From Malacoraja senta (Eukaryota): 64,000 nucleotides of DNA. The stretch is from positions 14,694,001-14,758,000 of the forward strand of contig CM075986.1 of the NCBI GenBank assembly GCA_038087875.1, given 5' to 3'. The position numbers and the translations under genes are program-made. The notes below the pieces were generated by a model that had not been told where the DNA came from, searched no databases, and worked only from the letters and a program-made list of their open reading frames with translations. Shown piece after piece: positions 35,637-49,159 of the stretch; positions within the stretch are counted from its first letter, which is position 1; each line of letters begins with the position of its first letter.

Positions 35637-36712
35637 TCAGCCAGCATTAAATGCCATCAACCATTCCTCTGCCCACTTGTCCAACTGATCAAGAACCTGC
35701 TGTGACCTGTGATAACCATTGGAACATTTCTAGTGGAACTCATAAACTATGGGCGTAGTCTCAATCTCTCAACCTACCTCATTGATTTTCTCGCACTTTT
35801 TTGTACGCACTTTCTCTCTAGCTGGCACATTAGATGCTACACTATGTTTACAATTTCTCTGGGCTACCAATGTAACCTAATCAACAAACATCAAGCCTTC
35901 ACTTCCTAAATTTGTCACTGATCTCATCATGACTAGAAATTCCACTCACCCCAAACACCCCTCATAAATGTGACCCTTCGTGGTTCCCTGTCTCCTCCAC
36001 TGCCTTCCCAAGATCTACAGATGGGAAAGACACATCATTTCTGCCTACCCTTGTCTCATAGAATCATAGAGTCACAGTGATAGAGTGATGGATGTCATAG
36101 TGATAGAGTCACAGAGTCATACAGCATGGAAAAAGGCCCTTTGGCTCTGCCTGCGACCAAGAGACCCCATCTACACTCGTCCCATCTGCCTGTGTTAGGC
36201 CCATATCCCTCTAAACCTTTCCTATGGATGTACCTGCCCAAATGTCTTTTAAATGTTGTTATAGTTTCTGCATCAACTACCTCCCTTGACAGCTCATTCC
36301 ATATACCTACCTATGTGAAAACGTTGCTCCTCAGATGCCTATTAAATCTATCCCCTATCACATTAAACCTATGTCCTTTGGTCTTGATTCACCTATTCTG
36401 GGTAAAATACACTGTGCATCTTTCCTGTCTATTCCCCTCATGAGCTTATACACCTCAATAAGATCACCACATCTTCCTATGCACCAATGATTACAGTCTC
36501 AGTCAGCATTAAACTCCATGAACCATTCCTCTATCCACGTCCATCTGATCAAGATTCTGCTGTAACCTTTGATAACCATTGGAATATTTCTAGTGGAACT
36601 CTCATAAACTATGGGTGTAGTCTCAATCTCCCAACCTACCTTGTTGACCCCCTTGTGGGTTTTTTGTATGCACTTTCTCTCTAACTGTCACATTAGATTC
36701 TACACTATGTAT
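35637..36712 (+). repeat. Dispersed direct duplication of ~215 bp (35637-35850 and 36498-36712)
   Basis: Collinear, roughly 80% identical by eye, including GATAACCATTGGAA.ATTTCTAGTGGAACT. Confidence 0.7.
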
Positions 36713-37804
36713 TTTTCTTTGCATTACCTGTTGTACCTGAGTATGGTTTGACTGTAGTCATGCATGGTATGATTTGCCTGATTGCATGCAGACCCAAGTT
36801 TTTCACTGTATTTCAGTAAACAACAATAATAAACCCATACTAATGCTATATCCACAAAGCTTCCAACAGTTTACAGGCCAAACAATATTTACTATTACAC
36901 AATTCCTTCACATCTCCATCCCCCATGGAGTTGGCATGAAGGTCTTCTGCTTCTTGCTTGAATGAAGGTCCAACAATTCCCCTGGTCAAGCAGCATCTCA
37001 GGATAACATGGATAGCTGACGTTTCGGGCCGGGATCCTTCTTCAGACTCCAGTCCGGTGTTGCTTGATCCACTACTTTAGCACTCCGTGTCTTCTTTTGC
37101 AAATCAGTATCCGCGGTTCCTTGTTTCTACATTTCTATGTTCCAACAATTCCCCTTTTCTGCTTGGCTGCAATTGTTCTCACTTTCAATAACTTCTCCCT
37201 TGACTTCTTTCACTTCCTGTCAAAGAAAGACGTTGCTATGGGAATCTCTGTGGTCCTGACTATTCTTCCATTTCCACTAAAAATGCAGAACATTCTATAT
37301 TTTGATTCTGGCCTCACCTCTTACTCTGGTACATTGACAAGTGTATCAGTCCAACTCTCTGCTCCTGCCCTGAACATGAAATTTGCTGATGACAAAATAA
37401 TGATTCATCTGTATTTGTTTTTAATTGGACTTATAGCTTACTGTATGGTCTCTTTTAAATGAAGATAAAAACAGAGATTGAGTGATTCCTGTGCTGAGCA
37501 CCTCTGTTCAGTTTGCTGTTGGGTTGGCAACTGGAAATGGATGGAGCATTTTTATTTAAAGAGGAAATTGTTTGTTCCATATAAGGTTCTGAAGGCGTGA
37601 GTCAGAAGAAGGGTCCCAACCCAAAACATCACCTGTCTATATCCTCCTCAGATGCTGCCCTGACCGGCTGAATTCCTCTGGCACTTTGTATTTTGCCATT
37701 CAATATTTTGTTCATCTACCCAACGACATGAACATTAAATTCTCCAATTGCAGATAATTAATCACCACCGACCACCCACACCCTTCTCATCTACTCAGCT
37801 CCCC

Positions 37805-38000
37805 CACCTCATCCAGCGCATGCACCTTTCACTCTGCTTCCCGGATGATCCTGAGGTCGTCCAGTTCTGTCACGCGGTCATTCGGGAGCTGCAGCTGGAT
37901 GAGCTTCCCACAGTGTAAGTCCTTAGGGACACAGGAGCTTCCCCTGACTTAACACATCCTGCCGGGAGGAGCTCAACAGAGCCCTAGCTGCCATCTGACT
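37805..38000 (-). mobile_element. CR1 ORF1 N-terminal (zinc finger/leucine zipper) remnant
   Basis: Minus strand begins MAARA..., with frameshifted CGKLIQLQLP.DRVTELDDLRIIREAE-like text. Confidence 0.55.
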
Positions 38001-40507
38001 GCATGTAAAAAAAAGAAGAAAAAAGTTTAGGAAGGAACTGCAGATGCTGGTTCAAACCGAAAATAGACACAAAAAGCTGGAATAACTCAGCGGGACAGGC
38101 AGTATCTCTGTAGAGAAGGAATGGGTGGCGTTTCCCAAGGAATGGGAAGCGTCACCCTTTCCTTCTCTCCAGACATGCTGCCTGTCCCGCTGAGTTACAA
38201 GGGAAGAAAAAAGTGTCTGCTGCGCTCCTGTCGCCCAGTGTCTTGGTGACTTCTTCAAATATATGATTTTTTTTCTTCAAATAATTTTGAACCTCTGTAA
38301 TACCCCTCTATGAACATAATCAAATATTGCATAGATTGCAATCCTGCATTAAATCAATTAGTGCAGGGGCAATGCCACCTTGCTACCATGATGATGTCAT
38401 TCTACTTTTAACGCAATGATGACATGTCTTATACATTGCTACAATTTTCATTCCGTTATTTTTTTCTTCCCTTCACCAGCATGTTCGGGAAACTACGGGC
38501 ATCTGCTAAGATGAACCCGGATTAAAACATTTGCTTTATGGTACTATTGCAAGATCGCAAGCAGTAAAGAAACGCAGGAGATGGTGCCACAGAACCAGCA
38601 CTGTTGTGCTCTACCCGAGGAACTGATTGAAGATTTAATGCTGACATTGAAGTTGGAGAGTGCAGCAAGATCTAGATTCAGCTCTTCCAACAGAATACAA
38701 AACAGTGCATCTAACCACCACTTGGCTTTTGGTCAGACAAGAAAATCAATGCTCACTCTGTCTCACGAAGAACCCCTTAGGGCCTGCATCATTATTTGAC
38801 CCATTTCAAGCCACGTTTGAGGGACTTAGTGTCAATTCCACTTGGAGCCAATGCAGAAAAGGCAACAAGCAAACCATATAGTACAGGAAATATAACGTTC
38901 TGAGGGAAGCTCCGACATGAATACACAGTGACATAAGTGTGCCAGCAGCTGTAGCACAAACCTGAACAGAGGCACAATGCAAAACATTCATCTGCTTGCA
39001 ATAAATTCAAAGCAATGAAGAAGTGCTTTAGTCCCTTGGCCCTGCAGCATTACCTTAGAGAACAAAAAGAATTCTAGTGGTGGTAGAATGAAACATCTGA
39101 AAGCTTCCTGGTACAAGCACAAAAATAGAAACACACACACGCGCACACAAAGACCTAGTGACATGGCAATTCTTAACAGATCCTCACAGAATAGCCCCAA
39201 GATAAAAGATCAGGTTTCACTAATAGAACAATAGAGACACACTACAAGGATTCGCCCTCACTGTAAAAGCAGGAGGAGGAAAGCTTGTGAATTAAGAGGA
39301 ATATGAAAGATCTGAATCAATATTTGGTTACTGTCGTCCCCTACGTATGTTATCTGACATATTAAGAGGCACAGTATAAATCTCCTGATACCATATCGAC
39401 ATCAAAACATTTCTTTAACTTGCAGTTATGTAGCATCTTTAAACACAATAACATCTTCCTAGTTGCTTCAAATGAGCATTATCAAACAAAGTCTGTAGAA
39501 GGGTCTCAACCCGAAACGTCACCCATTCCTTCTCTCCGGAGATGCTGCCTGTTAAATGTTGTAGTTACAATATTCAATTAAAATGTCCTGCTGAAAAGCA
39601 GAATATAATTCCTTCCAACAGCTTACTATGAATAGCAAGTTAAAATTGATCCAGTTTTTCAAAGGATTACTGGAATGAAGTCCCAAAGTGTAAAGTTAGG
39701 ATTGAGTCGTGGGGGTCAAACCTGAATTATTGCTAATGCATTTTGATGGTCTCTTGTGACATTTAAAACAAATAATTTTTTCATCAGAGTTTATAAATTT
39801 TGAACATACAAAGGGGAATTTGTTGCAGCGTTTGACACCAACACTGTCAAAAAGAGATACATGACAATTAGTAGCGTGAATACAATGTGTGTACAGCATC
39901 CCCAAAATACCATGTATTAAAGGCTATACCCCACACTGTGAAAATTATTCTGAGGCATTGTTCCATAAACATATAGCAGAGGTTTGTGAATCAAAAGAAG
40001 GAAAACTGCAGAAACTGGGTTAGATGCTTCATTGTGAAGTGAAAGTCAGAGGTAGATAAGAGTTTTTAAAGTTGACTGAAGTATTTTGCTTAGCAGACAC
40101 TCCTCTACACACCATTGACAACGGGCTGTCAAAAAGCAGTATTTGTAAAGCTTTTCACGGAGATAAAGGAAGAAGCTAAAGCTTGTGCAGTCATCGGTAT
40201 TGTTACATCTGAAACAACAGGTACAGAATAGAGTGTTGGAAGGAACTGCAGTTTGCTGGTTTGAAATGAAGATAGACACAAAAAGCCGGCGTAACTCAGC
40301 GGGTCAGGCAGCATCTCTGGAGAAAAGGAATAGGTGACGTTTCAGGTCGAGACCCTTCTTCAGACTGAGAGTCAGGGGAAAAAGGAAACAAGAAATATAG
40401 ATGGTGATATAGAGAGATATTGAACAAATAAATGAAAGAAATGCAAAAAAGTAACGATGACCAAGAAAAGGAGGAGCCCACAGAAGAGAGATACCTCCTC
40501 CATAAAG

Positions 40508-40643
40508 CGTGAGTCTGAAGAAGGGTTTTGACCCGAAACGTTTCCTATTTCCTTCGCTCCATAGATGCTGCCTCACTCGCTGAGTTTCTCCAGCATTTTT
40601 GTCTACCTTTAATTTTCCAGCATCTGCAGTTCCTTCTTAAACA
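40508..40643 (+). mobile_element. Short PLE-derived insertion (136 bp) with 12-bp TSD
   Basis: TCCTCCATAAAG at 40496-40507 and 40644-40655; same 3' end as 13922-14050. Confidence 0.75.
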
Positions 40644-40666
40644 TCCTCCATAAAGTTGCTTTGTTA

Positions 40667-40892
40667 AGGGCCTGTCCCACTTTCACGACCTTATTCACGA
40701 CCTTTTTTACTCGTGGACATTTTTCATCATGCTAGTAAAACGCCCCGACCTACTTGATGCCACGATTACCTACGACTAGCATCACGACTTACCTACGACC
40801 TACCTACGACCTCCTACGACCTCGTGACGACCATGCTGCGAGTATGAGTCAAGGGCAAACTTGGCAGAGGTCGTGAAAGTGGGACAGGCCCT
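40667..40892. mobile_element. PIF/Harbinger-type MITE (226 bp)
   Basis: TIR AGGGCCTGTCCCACTTTCACGACCT; TTA TSD at 40664-40666 and 40893-40895; internal repeats of ACGAC(C/T). Confidence 0.82.
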
Positions 40893-40989
40893 TTAGGTGG
40901 GCTGCAGTGTGTGTGAATTAAATTGGATGTGCTTCAGCCAGACTGCATCATTTTGGATACCATTCATCTGGAAGCATGAACACAGTGGA

Positions 40990-42720
40990 CATAAACATAA
41001 AGCAAAGTGCTGGAGGAACTCAGCGGGTCAAGCAGCATCTGTAGAGGAAAAGGGATAGTCAACATTTCCAGTCGAGAACCTGCATCAGAACTGAGAGTGT
41101 AGAGGGCAAATGGCCAGTAAAGAGAGACGAGAGGGTGGGGAGAGGTAGGAGCTGGCAGGCACCAGGTAGAACCAGGTGAAGAAAGAGATGATGGACAGAT
41201 GGTGCTGAGTGGAGGGACGGGAAGGTGGAGGTAAAGACAGAGGCTGGAAGATGGTAAGTGGAGACAAGAGGCTGCAAATGGCAGAATCTGAGAAATAAGG
41301 AAGGCGATTAATGGAACCAGATAAGGGAGGGATGATGAATAAATGGAATAAGTTGGGGGAAGGGTCAGGACCAACAGAAGGTGTGGTGTGGTGTGTGAGC
41401 AGATAGAATCTAATATGGGAGGGGAACTAAACTGGGAGATGGGGGGGGGGGGGTGAGGGGGGACAATGTGTGGGGTAACGAACCAGATGGAGAGAGAAAG
41501 ACACACAAGGAATCTGGCTTACCTGAATCTGGAACATTCAATGTTAATGCCATTGAGTTGTAAGTTACCCAGGCAGAATGTGAGATGCTGTTCTATTTTG
41601 CGTTTGGCCTCACCCTGGCAATGGAGAAAGCTGATGTAGGAATGGGAAGGAGAGTGGAAATGCCATGCAACCAGGAGGTCAGGATGGTCACTGGATAGAA
41701 ACATAGAAACATAGACAATAGGTGCAGGAGTAGGCCATTCGGCCCTTCGAGCCTGCACCGCCATTCAATATGATCATGGCTGATCTTCCAACTCAGTATC
41801 CTGTACCTGCTTTCTCTCCATACCCCCTGATCCCTTTAGCTACAAGGGCCACATCTAACTCCCTCTTAAATATAGCCAATGAACTGGCCTCAACTACCTT
41901 CTGTGGCAGAGAATTCCAGAGATTCACCACTCTCTGTGTGAAAAATGTTTTCCTCATCTCGGTCCTAAAAGATTTCCCCCTTATCCTTAAACTGTGACGC
42001 CTTGTCCTGGACTTCCCCAACATCGGGAACAATCTTCCTGCATCTAGCCTGTCCAACCCCTTAAGAATTTTGTACGTTTCTATAAGATCCCCCCTCAATC
42101 TTCTAAATTCTAGCGAGTACAAACCGAGTCTATCCAGTCTTTCTTCATATGAAAGTCCTGACATCCCAGGAATCAGTCTGGTGAACCTTCTCTGTACTCC
42201 CTCTATGGCAAGAATGTCTTTCCTCAGATTAGGAGACCAAAACTGTACGCAATACTCTAGGTGTGGTCTCACCAAGACCCTGTACAACTGCAGTAGAACC
42301 TCCCTGCTCCTAAACTCAAATCCTTTTGCTATGAATGCTAACATACCATTCGCCTTCTTCACAGCCTTCTGCACCTGCATGCCTACTTTTAATGACTGGT
42401 GTACCATGACACCCAGGTCTCGTTGCATCTCCCCTTTTCCTAATCGGCCACCATTCAGATAATAGTCTACTTTCCTGTTTTTGGATACAGTGTGGGTGTT
42501 CCACAACATGGCCACCTAGTCTGCGCTTGGTGACGCTGATGCAGAGGAGGCCATGTCAGGAACACTGAATGCACTAGACGAGGTTGGAGAAGATGCATGT
42601 GAAAGACCCAGAAAGACACACCCTAGATTAAAATGAGAGAGGAGGTGTAGGAACCAGTGTTGCACCTCCTACTGTCACAGGTGAAAACACCAAGGGACAT
42701 GACCTTTGTTGTACAACAGC
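40990..42720 (-). mobile_element. Penelope-like element (Neptune-like) 3' portion, interrupted by CR1
   Basis: Minus strand shows degenerate C..RRCN zinc-finger text, CIQCS..LL...TKRRLG (GIY-YIG region) and HFHSPSHS...RKIEQHLTFCLGNLQLNGINIE, then the pseudo-LTR. Confidence 0.7.
41698..42481 (-). mobile_element. 5'-truncated young CR1 LINE
   Basis: Uninterrupted ORF2 C-terminal frame (41793-42481) ending GEKAGTGY*; (TTCTATGT)n tail; TGGATA repeats at 41692-41697 and 42482-42487. Confidence 0.92.
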
Positions 42721-43379
42721 TTCAACAACAATGCAGGAAGCCGCACCAGCATCACAACATCATTCATTTTCAACTTCATTTAAATCCTTTACAATTAGGG
42801 AGAACAATAGAACACCCTCCTCAAATTTGCTGACAGCATAATTCACCTCAGCCGAGGTTGCCCCCATTCCAACTTCAGAGCGATTTATTCTACTGCGACT
42901 GTACTCCTGAACAAAGGTCTTCTGGCTTGTTTTCTCATTGAGTTTTACGCTTGTTTTTCTTGTTACTCTCTTGCATAATTTAAGTATAACTGATGTTTTG
43001 TGTGTTGGCTGAGTCTATGTGCCAGTAATGCTGCTGCAAGCAAGATTTTCATTGCATCTGTACTTGTGCATTTGACAAACCCGTATTGACTTGAGACGAC
43101 TGAGGACAAAGGTATTGGAAGATCAAGTCGTCAAGCCCACGTGTTTCCGGGCTTCACTGTAGATCTGGCACAAAACTCACAGTCCACTGGGCAGCAGCGA
43201 TCCCTGGTCTCCAATAGATTTGACACCAGGAGTAACTACAGCAGGTATTTCAAGACACCAGAAAAATGTCGCCAACAATGACTCTGGAAAATTCTCCAAA
43301 TTCACTGGAAGGGTAAAAAAAAAAAAAACCTCGCACCCGGCCCCAGGAAATCATCCCACATATTGAGGGTTTAATCACA

Positions 43380-43750
43380 CTCAGTCAGGTGCTGACACCC
43401 AGCTCATGAAACAGACACTCATGCCAAGCTCTGCTGCAGAGAAAGATAAGCAGATGGACAGAGGGAAAAGAAACCTCCTTGAGGAGATGCATTCCCAACG
43501 GCTCCTGGGAATCTCTAGAAGTAATATTTGGGATGGCATGGAGAGCCTTGAGCCATGTATAAAGAGCATGTAAGTGGCAGCAGAAGTAGATCCCCTTACA
43601 GCCCACCCACCCATCCCACTCTATTAGTTATTGCCTACCCCATCTGCGGAAGAGCCTGTTGTTCCCACTTTGGCTTCATCAGCCACACCACGTCTGTGTG
43701 GACGCAAGTTCTCCGTTCTGAGGGACTGCCTCAGAAGGGGAAGAGTAAGT
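43380..43750 (+). mobile_element. RTE LINE 3' end
   Basis: C-terminal PICGRACCSHFGFISH zinc-finger-like text and GAGGGACTGCC terminus. Confidence 0.55.
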
Positions 43751-43914
43751 GTTATTCAGGAAGCTGCGAACATTAAGATCGTGAGGCAGACCTTGCAGGA
43801 AACACTAACAAGACGCAAGGTTCTTTTCACTGCTGTTATGTTAGGCAGTACAGCAAGGTGAGAAAGGATCAGGAGATGGGAATGAAGGCCGTGCTTGTTA
43901 CAGTGTGGCTTGTA

Positions 43915-44250
43915 GGAAAAACGTCCCCGATGTTGGGGAAGTCCAGAACCTGAGGTCACAGTTTAAGAATAAGGGGTAGGCCATTTAGGACTGAGATGAG
44001 GAAAAACATCTTCACCCAGAGAGTTGTGAATCTGTGGAATTCTCTGCCACAGAATGCAGCGAAGGCCAATTCACTGGATGTATTCAAGAGAGAGTTAGAT
44101 ATTGCTCTTAGGGCTAACGGAATCAAGGGATATGGGGAGAAAGCAGGAACGGGGCACTGATTTTGGATGATCAGCCATGGTCATATTGAATGGCGGTGCA
44201 GGCTCGAAGGGTCGAATGGCCTACTCCTGCACCTATTTTCTATGTTTTTA
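43915..44250 (+). mobile_element. CR1 LINE 3' fragment
   Basis: Matches the 3' end of the 24268-26086 and 41698-42481 copies. Confidence 0.85.
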
Positions 44251-44539
44251 TGTTTATCTGGTGAATCTAGTTGGTGTCTTCCTGTTGGTCACCAAGACAA
44301 CTGTAGACAACTACAGCCTGCTCTGTACACAAAGCCTGATTCCGTGTGTGCATCATATGGAGAAAGGAAAAGCCCCTTGCATCCCAAGCAGATCCATAAT
44401 GTTGTCAACAGCGGAAAGGGACATTCTTATTGCATGTGAGCTTATCATTCTTTAATGGGAGAGATGATGTATTTTTGTCAGTCACCTGTTGTCTTTCAAC
44501 AGCTGAACATCCTGGAGCAGCAAACACCTCACGTTGGTT

Positions 44540-45960
44540 TTGCTTTATTATTATTGTGATGTGTACCGAGTACAGTGAATATCTTTGTTTGTGTGGTCTC
44601 CAGTCCAATCATTATATGCATGAATACAACAGGTAGTAGAAAGAGAAAAATACCAGAATACAGAATATAATGTTTCGGCATCATAGTGTTACAGTTGCCA
44701 AGAAAGTGCAGATAAATTTAAAAAAAAGGTGAAGGGCAACAATGAGGTAGATTGGGAGATCGGAACTACACCCCTAAGCATCTGAGAGGACTGTTCAGTA
44801 CTCTGATAAAGAATGGGGAAGAAGCTATTCCTGAATCTGGTTGTATCTGCTTTTATGGGCTATCTTTGTGATCGCATCACTGTGCTGGTCCCAAGACAGA
44901 TCTTCAGAGATATGAATGCTTAGGAACATGACTCTCTCCACCGCCGTCCCATCGATGAAGACAAGTTCATAAATCCCTGGCTTTTTCATCCTTAAGTCAA
45001 AAATCAGCTCCAAGGTCTTGCTAACGTTGAGAGTAAGATTGTTGTTCTGGCACCACTCTATCAGATTATCAATCTCCCTCCTGTACTCTGACTCATCGTT
45101 ACCCATTATCCGTCCAAAAACGGTGGTATCATTAGTGAATATAAAGATGTCGTTGGCGCTGTGTCTGGCAACACAGTCAGGAGATTAGAGAGTAGAGCAG
45201 GTGACTCAGCAGGCAGCTGAGAGGTGCACCTGTGTTGATGGTTATCAAGGAGGAAGTGTTGTTGGCAATTCTTACTGATGGTGGTCTACCAATGAGGAAG
45301 TCGAGGATCCGATTACATATGGCTGATCAGATTCCCAGGTCTCTGAGTCTGATGATAAGTTTGGAGGGAATGGTGGTGTTGAATGCTGAGCTGCAGTCTA
45401 CAACAATAACCTGACGTAAGTGTTCTTATTTTACAAGTGGTCCACTGCAGAGTGGAGAGCCAGCGTCATCACATCCTCTGTTGATCTGTTGTGGAAGCAA
45501 GCACGTTGTAGTGGGTCCAGGTCCTTACTAAGGCAGGAATTGACGTGCATCGTAACTAAACTTTCAACCTCTCTGTTGGTGATGTTTACGTCCAGGAACT
45601 TGAAGCTATCCACCATGGCACCATTGTAGTTGACTGGATGATGTACACCACCTCGCTTCCTGAAGTCAATAACTAGCTCCTTCATCTTGCTGATAATGAG
45701 GGAGAGGTTATTGTCTTGACACCATGTTACGAAGCTCTCTATCTCATCCCAGTACTCCATCACTTTGTTATTCGAGGCGCTACAGTGGTGTAATCTGCAA
45801 ATTTGTAGATGGAGTGAAAGCCAAGTTTGGCTGCAGAGCGTGCATGTAGAGGGAGTATTCTTGTAGTAAGGTGCTGAGAACAAATCCTTATGGGACACCA
45901 GTGCTGTGATTTATCGTGGAGGCTGTTTTGTCACCTATCCTCACCGATTGTGTTCCACGG
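44540..45960 (-). mobile_element. Two adjacent Rex1-like LINE RT fragments
   Basis: DESEYRREIDNLIEWCQNNNLTLNVSKT (44825-45106) and EIESFVTWCQDNNLSL..KMKELVIDFRK (45431-45898); LDPLQ...NRSTED. Confidence 0.75.
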
Positions 45961-46261
45961 GTCAGGAAGTCATGCATATCACCTTGAAATAAATACAAAG
46001 CTGCGAAGCATTTGATAATTTTGTTACAAATGGCAGTGAGGCCATGCAATGTAAAGCAGAGGAAGCATCAGTGAATGTAAAGCATTGCATAACCTCCTGG
46101 AAAATGGGGAACATGGATACTGTGCAGGTCATACCAACCCACCGCCACATATTTATTGGCTATTTGATCTTTGACGTAAATTGACTAAAAATATCCAAAC
46201 GTGTGAGAAAGTCGTGTTTCAGGACATTCCACTGTTTGCAGATAACACCGCAGTACATTAA

Positions 46262-46482
46262 AGGGCCTGTCCCACTTGGGCGTCATTTGCGCGTCATTTA
46301 TGCGACATCATTTACGCGTCATGATGCACGATGCGCGCATGGTGCGCATTACACCCACATGGTGGGTGGTGACGTAGGCAGTGATGCGCGGTCGCGCGCG
46401 GTGCCCCAGGATTTTGGGATGTACAAAATCTTTGCGCGCCATCTGCGTGACGCGCAAATAACGCCCAAGTGGGACTGGTCCT
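46262..46482. mobile_element. PIF/Harbinger-type MITE (221 bp)
   Basis: TIR AGGGCCTGTCCCACTTGGGCGT.ATTTGCGCGTCA; TAA TSD at 46259-46261 and 46483-46485. Confidence 0.8.
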
Positions 46483-46859
46483 TAATACTGCGTTCTCATG
46501 TGACATTGTCAGTCGAACAGCATGCGACAATGTTTTCCAGTTCTGAAACTTCCTGCAGCTGTTCCCAGGTATCTGACTGCACCAGGAAGTGGTGTTGTTG
46601 CTAAAAGCACATTCAATCACTCTCAAAATGTTTTTAGTGAAAACATAGAAGTCGTTGCTCCAGACTAAACAGTGAACAAAGAAAATGAAATCTTCTTTGG
46701 ACTTTTACAGAAGGAGTTGGCGGTCACAGAGATATATTTTGAACTACTCCTTTTATTTTTTTAAATTGGGGAAAGACTGCAAAAGTATATTTTGTTTTTG
46801 GTGAATAGATAAAGTTGATCTGTTCAGTTCAAAATTTATTTTTGTGTATATTTATTTAT

Positions 46860-46990
46860 TTTGTGCATGTGTGTGCATGCTTGTATATGCATGCAGGTTT
46901 GTGTGTTATATGTGTGCATATGTGTGTGTTTGTATGTTCACCATGTTTGTGTGTGTGCATGATGTGTGTGCCTGATACGTGTGTGTCGCT
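46860..46990. repeat. Degenerate (TG)n microsatellite
   Basis: Interrupted TG/TA/CA dinucleotide run. Confidence 0.7.
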
Positions 46991-47697
46991 TCCCTTGGAT
47001 TTATTCTCCTTTGGACAGTTTTTCTGTGACAAAAAACACAATATCAAATTTGGCAATTTCGAGCCATCACACTTCTTGTATGTGTTGGAACTGACCAGTC
47101 TGCTGTAGGTTTTAAACTCCGTTTTTCTCCCTCTACAGACATTTCATGGTCGCCTAAGCTTTTTTCAGCATTCCCCTTTCAATTTCAGCTCTCTGCAACA
47201 GCTATGATCTGGATCGCCCAGCTTTAACACTTTGTTTTTCTGTCTCTAACAGCTCTCATTAATCTATTAACTACACAGCTCCATAAACGTACGGATCACC
47301 CAGGCAACCCAGACCTTGCCCTATCATAAACATTGCCTTTGGCCCAACCTTCCTCACCCTCTCTGCAATTTAAAACTAACACTCAGTCTGAAGAAGTGCG
47401 ACCTGAATCATCATTTGTCCGTCCCTCCACCGATGTTGCCTGACCTGCTAAGATCCTCCAGCACTTTGTGCCTAGTTTGTTTCTCTCTTTCCCGGTTCTG
47501 ATGAAGGGTCTGGGACCTGAAACTTAACTCTATTTCTTTCTTCATATCCTGATCAACTGTATGTTTCCAACATTTTCTTTACTTTAGTTCAGATGGCCAG
47601 CATCTACAGTACAATTTGTCAATTTTCTAATCATAGCAGGAATAGGCCGTTCAGTCCTTTTGTATTTGGTCTGTTGTTCCTTAAGATCACAAAGATA

Positions 47698-47958
47698 CTT
47701 AGAAAACAGGTGCAGGAGTAGGCCATTTGGCCCTTCGAGCCAGCACCGCCATTCAATGTGATCATGACTGACCATCCACAATCATTACAGCTGTTCCCAG
47801 GTATTACAGATACCTGTTCCTGCCTTCTCCCCAAATCCCTTGATTCTGCTAGCCCTAAGAGCTCTATCTAACTCTCTTTTGAATGCATCCAGTGAATTGG
47901 CCTCCACTGCCTTCTGAGGCAGAGAATTCTACAAATTCACAACACTCCGGGTGAAAAA
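47698..47958 (-). mobile_element. CR1 LINE 3' fragment
   Basis: Reverse complement of the CR1 3' UTR and ORF2 end. Confidence 0.8.
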
Positions 47959-49159
47959 TCATGGCAAATCATTGACCACAGTGTTACTCTCCCACACCAA
48001 TCCTATGTCATTTCATAGCTGAAAGAAACGAACACTCTCTGTCTTGATTCCGAATCCCACACAAATGACAAATAGTTGACGGTTTTTCTGCCAATACAGG
48101 GCTGTCGCTGATAAGAGTAGACGGCGTGTGACTCCACTGCAGTCCATGCAAACAACTGGACTGGAAACTATATCATGACTATTCTGGGAATCAAGTGTTG
48201 GAACAATGAGGACAATTTCTAACACTATAAGTCATAGTTGTGAATTTGTGTTAAAGATAAAAAACGTTCCAACTGTCGGGAGAGCAAATCAAAAGAATAA
48301 TTTTCTGCTCTTCCATTGTTTTGTTGGTTGCGAACTATCACCAGAGGTAAATTTAGTTCAAAGCAGTTGCAAATTATTTAAATAATTTGCAAATTAAGAG
48401 GGAAATGATGTGATAATATATTTGTCTTCCCAGTGTATGCATCCTATCCTAATGTACACTGTAAAATGCGAAAAGGCTGCCCCTCAGGTTCCTACTAGAT
48501 CTTTCCTCTCTCACACCTTAAATCTATGTCCTCTGGTTTATTTAGTGAGAAAACCTAGTGAGAAAAAAACACTTTCTAGCCTGTAAATTGTTAGGAGCTT
48601 TTTTCTGTGTACTAAAGGGTTAGATTGTGAGAGTGAAAAATAAAAGCAAACACTGCAGACATTGAAAATGTGAATTACATTTGGATGGCTGCAGTGGTCA
48701 TTTGATAGAGAAATACCACTCGCCCGGATACAGGGCACTTCCCCTGCGGTTCAAGTTTGTGTGCCTGACACTTTCTAGCATCAGGCCTGCACCTGACAAC
48801 ATCAATGTTCACACAGCCCCCTTCACTGCTGCTGCTGCCATAGGCCCAAGCCTTTGTGTATCAGTTGCAGCTGTTGTCTGAACATCCACAGTAGACTAGG
48901 AGTGTGGCAGGCTGCGTTGTCTTCTTCCATTATTGTTAGGAACGCAGCTGACATTAGGAGAGTTAACTGGGCAGCATCTGAACAGACTGCCGACTGGAGT
49001 GTTTAGCTGCTGCGATACCATTCAGTGGGAGTCTCTGCAGCGACACTCTGTCAGTACTCTGTTAGTGCAACAGTGGACCTTGAGGTGAGAGGTAAATCAG
49101 CAAAGAGCCCACTGCATAGTAAACTCACTGAGTTTAAAGGAAGTAAGAAAGAGAACCCC

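Noticed and set aside
35637-36712. Direct repeats as LTRs of a TRIM-like element
   Set aside because: No TG/CA termini, PBS, PPT or TSD; the interior is a CR1 fragment.
40964-41506. 180-aa Pro/Ser/Leu-rich ORF
   Set aside because: It is a translation of the pyrimidine-rich PLE 3' region, low-complexity and non-coding.
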